A stretch of DNA of 7,627 bases from Paraspadella gotoi (lineage: Eukaryota; Animalia; Chaetognatha): assembly GCA_051294375.1 (NCBI GenBank), contig JBJCIZ010001549.1:1-7627 (forward strand), given 5' to 3'. Every line of letters begins with the position of its first letter. The stretch's first letter is position 1. Below the pieces are notes generated by a model. That model was not told the DNA's origin. It saw only the letters and a list, made by a program, of their open reading frames with translations, and did not search any database. The position numbers were made by a program, and so were the translations under genes. Positions 6,501-7,627 of this stretch are shown piece by piece.

Positions 6501-7323
6501 TGGAGAAGGCATTGGAATCCCAGGGACTCTACTCGTCGACGCCAACTCGAATCAAAATATCTCTAATCGTCAGCGTCAAAATGAATTATCGAGACTACGA
6601 GTAGAAGTGGCCCGTCTCCAACCAACGCCAACTTCCGCCCATCGACAGCCGGCAGTACACGTTCCAGCCAGCCTCGAAACAGCGAAATACGTTTTTGTTC
6701 GACGAGCAGGCATTCAGCCTCCACTGGTTCCCCCATACGAAGGACCGTATCGCGTAATCAGTAGAAAAGATTTAAATATGACCGTCGACATTCCAAGCAT
6801 TGGAAGACAAAAAATTAACATCGCTCGAGTGAAACCGGCTTGGATATCGGACGAGGACTTGGAGGTCGACGACCCAGCTCCACAACCCGAAAGAAGACCA
6901 GGACGTCGACCAGGGATCAGAACAAGACAGCCAGCGGCGACCGATCGACAACTTCGCCCGAGAAATCAACGCGCGGCATCTCCTTCTCCTCCTCCTCCTT
7001 CCCCTCACCCTTCTCCCACTCCTCCCCCAATCCCCAACCCACCCCCATCCCCATTACGTTTTTTGCCTCCTTGTTCCTTTTCTTCCAGGCCTCCACGTGA
7101 CGTTAATCCGTCGAAAGAGCAAAAAGAGAAGTACAACAACAACAATCTGGGAAATGGAAGAAATGAGCCAACGTGCAGATTTTCAAGACCTACAGTCGAC
7201 TTATCAAACAAGGCCTACAATAGCAGTTCCCGGCCAACGTATGCAGTTGTCCTTAAAGAATTAATCCAACGTCAAGAAAAGGAGAACAACAGCAACGGCA
7301 AAAAGATGAACAAAATTTCCTAG
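3514..7323 (+). CDS. pol: Pol polyprotein (aspartic protease, reverse transcriptase, RNase H, integrase), probably made as a Gag-Pol fusion
   Basis: Uninterrupted ORF (track 3457-7323, TTG start unlikely to be real). PR: WLVDGGA...AANG...ILGADFL (~3586-3843). RT: WSSPLHVV, DYRRLN, KIDLLKGYHQI, PFGLKNA, YLDD at 4528-4539. RNase H: TDAS (D 4978), DREL, TDH, ADALSR (to 5325). IN: HHCC 5872-5985, D 6070, D 6244, E 6352 (D-35-E), GPY 6742-6750. Confidence 0.97.
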   Translation, partial: GKRTRGSTEVNAVPREVDHSPAPNNLIFIRDAGDKTKWLVDGGALLSIIPPTPQQRKNGPEPSMKLQAANGSAISCYGTVNRTVQLGNRKYDYTFVVADVKQFILGADFLAENFLAPNHRDGLLIDLRDYSTIAASISDESAAHVNFVDRKGEKYYKLLESFPSLSTPTFELKEPKHGVTHSIPTEGRPCQSRARRLDPEKLAVAKRELEKMVSLGIAKRGKSEWSSPLHVVAKPDGGWRCCGDYRRLNAQTVEDRYPVKLLTDFNSQLEGKSIFSKIDLLKGYHQIPVNADDVKKTAVITPFGLYVFPRCPFGLKNAGQDFQRLMDEILGDIPHTFVYLDDILVASSSPEEHLQDLENVFKALDANGLVVNTKKCILGQDSLEFLGFLVDKHGVRPLPERVETLRQTTRPTSIKELQRFLGMINYYRRFIPRVAHRCAPLYEALSGKPKSLNWTDECEKAFEAIKDGLIAAALLHHPRTGAQLCITTDASDHAVGAVLEQRGPKGWEPLAFFSAKLANNQKLWPPFDRELFGAFRAVRHFRHWVEGRAFTIYTDHQSLVSAIRKKTEPQTCRQSYQLSVIAEFTTDVRYLKGKANVVADALSRPNNAPTTSSRDLPAPREAKIVKYDIPAIESRQTTSTASKKQQNDGQEDDKNDDSCQKTVTTPKTLLNATQEETEAKRVNQKTATAEIETQAKGKNESTIKQSRLDDVNAVIASLTSFDIDFEQMAREQTLDSDYQRIADDARSGLNFKKIRVGEQDLLADISNGPARPFVPVSWRKRVFEIIHGLGHPGVEATRKAVAAKFVWNSMRQDVTRWTRDCSDCQKAKVIRHTIPEIGEFKVPARRFQHLNLDLVKMPKSNGFSYLLTIVDRFSRWPAAIPLQNTLTPTIIDALSLNWISVFGTPAIITTDRGSQFMSTLWRQLTKQWGIRHQATTAYHPQANGLVERFHRRLKESLMALANDERDKWYWKLPMTLLSIRTTIKEDIGASAAELVFGEGIGIPGTLLVDANSNQNISNRQRQNELSRLRVEVARLQPTPTSAHRQPAVHVPASLETAKYVFVRRAGIQPPLVPPYEGPYRVISRKDLNMTVDIPSIGRQKINIARVKPAWISDEDLEVDDPAPQPERRPGRRPGIRTRQPAATDRQLRPRNQRAASPSPPPPSPHPSPTPPPIPNPPPSPLRFLPPCSFSSRPPRDVNPSKEQKEKYNNNNLGNGRNEPTCRFSRPTVDLSNKAYNSSSRPTYAVVLKELIQRQEKENNSNGKKMNKIS

Positions 7324-7574
7324 TTAAAGCCTATTTCCTAATACTTTTTTGAATTTTGGAATTTTAGTAGTATTTTATAGTAGATTTTGCAAATTTTGGA
7401 AGTCAAGTCATGTCAAAGATTCATTTCGAAATGAATTTTACCTTTACAACATTTTGGAANNNNNNNNNNTTTAATGTTTACATATTAATCACATTCACAC
7501 AACACAACCGACGACGACAAACATTATTTTGAATATTTTCGAATTTTTATTGTGAATTTTGATGATTTATATTT

Positions 7575-7588
7575 AGAACACAGGGGGA
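7575..7588 (+). other. Polypurine tract (AGAACACAGGGGGA; core AGGGGGA)
   Basis: Purine-rich G run directly abutting the TG of the 3' LTR. Confidence 0.85.
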
Positions 7589-7627
7589 TGTAGACAGGAT
7601 TCGATCCTGGAAACTAACGTCTGGTTG
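7589..7627 (+). repeat. 3' LTR, first 39 bp (truncated by the window)
   Basis: Identical to 1640-1678. Confidence 0.95.

Larger units (their letters stand above)
1640..7627 (+). mobile_element. Ty3/gypsy (Metaviridae) LTR retrotransposon, CsRn1-like clade; 3' LTR truncated by the window end
   Basis: Order LTR-PBS-gag-pol(PR-RT-RH-IN)-PPT-LTR; integrase after RNase H defines gypsy. CHCC Gag knuckle and tRNA-Trp PBS are established CsRn1-clade hallmarks. Clade assigned from motifs, not a phylogeny. No env ORF. Confidence 0.95.

Noticed and set aside
2327-7211. Short antisense and alternative-frame ORFs overlapping gag and pol
   Set aside because: All 60-122 aa, expected shadows of long coding frames, with no motifs.
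7324-7588. env-like third ORF
   Set aside because: The region is short, stop-rich and has no ORF; only the 10-N gap of unknown true size leaves slight uncertainty.

Overview
Eukaryotic genomic window with two parts. (1) 1-1639: about 3.3 copies of an AT-rich ~500 bp tandem (satellite-like) repeat, itself built from ~40-50 bp subrepeats with phased T/A tracts. (2) 1640-7627: a nearly full-length, apparently intact Ty3/gypsy LTR retrotransposon inserted into that repeat. It has a 581 bp 5' LTR (TGT...ACA), a tRNA-Trp-type primer binding site, gag with a CHCC (C-X2-H-X9-C-X3-C) knuckle, pol (PR-RT-RNase H-IN) in the -1 frame, a polypurine tract and the first 39 bp of an identical 3' LTR. The Trp PBS and CHCC knuckle point to the CsRn1/Kabuki/Boudicca clade. 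The ORF track splits gag only because of an assembly gap flanked by a 30 bp duplication. The most notable details are a G_GGA_AAC slippery site with a predicted H-type pseudoknot, a non-canonical DGG protease active site whose codons repeat a pseudoknot arm, a candidate 5' leader intron, a PPT copy just after the PBS, a long RNase H-integrase insert and a Pro/Arg-rich integrase tail with no chromodomain. I see no evidence for a wholly new class of system; any novelty lies in these element-level features and in possible satellite targeting.
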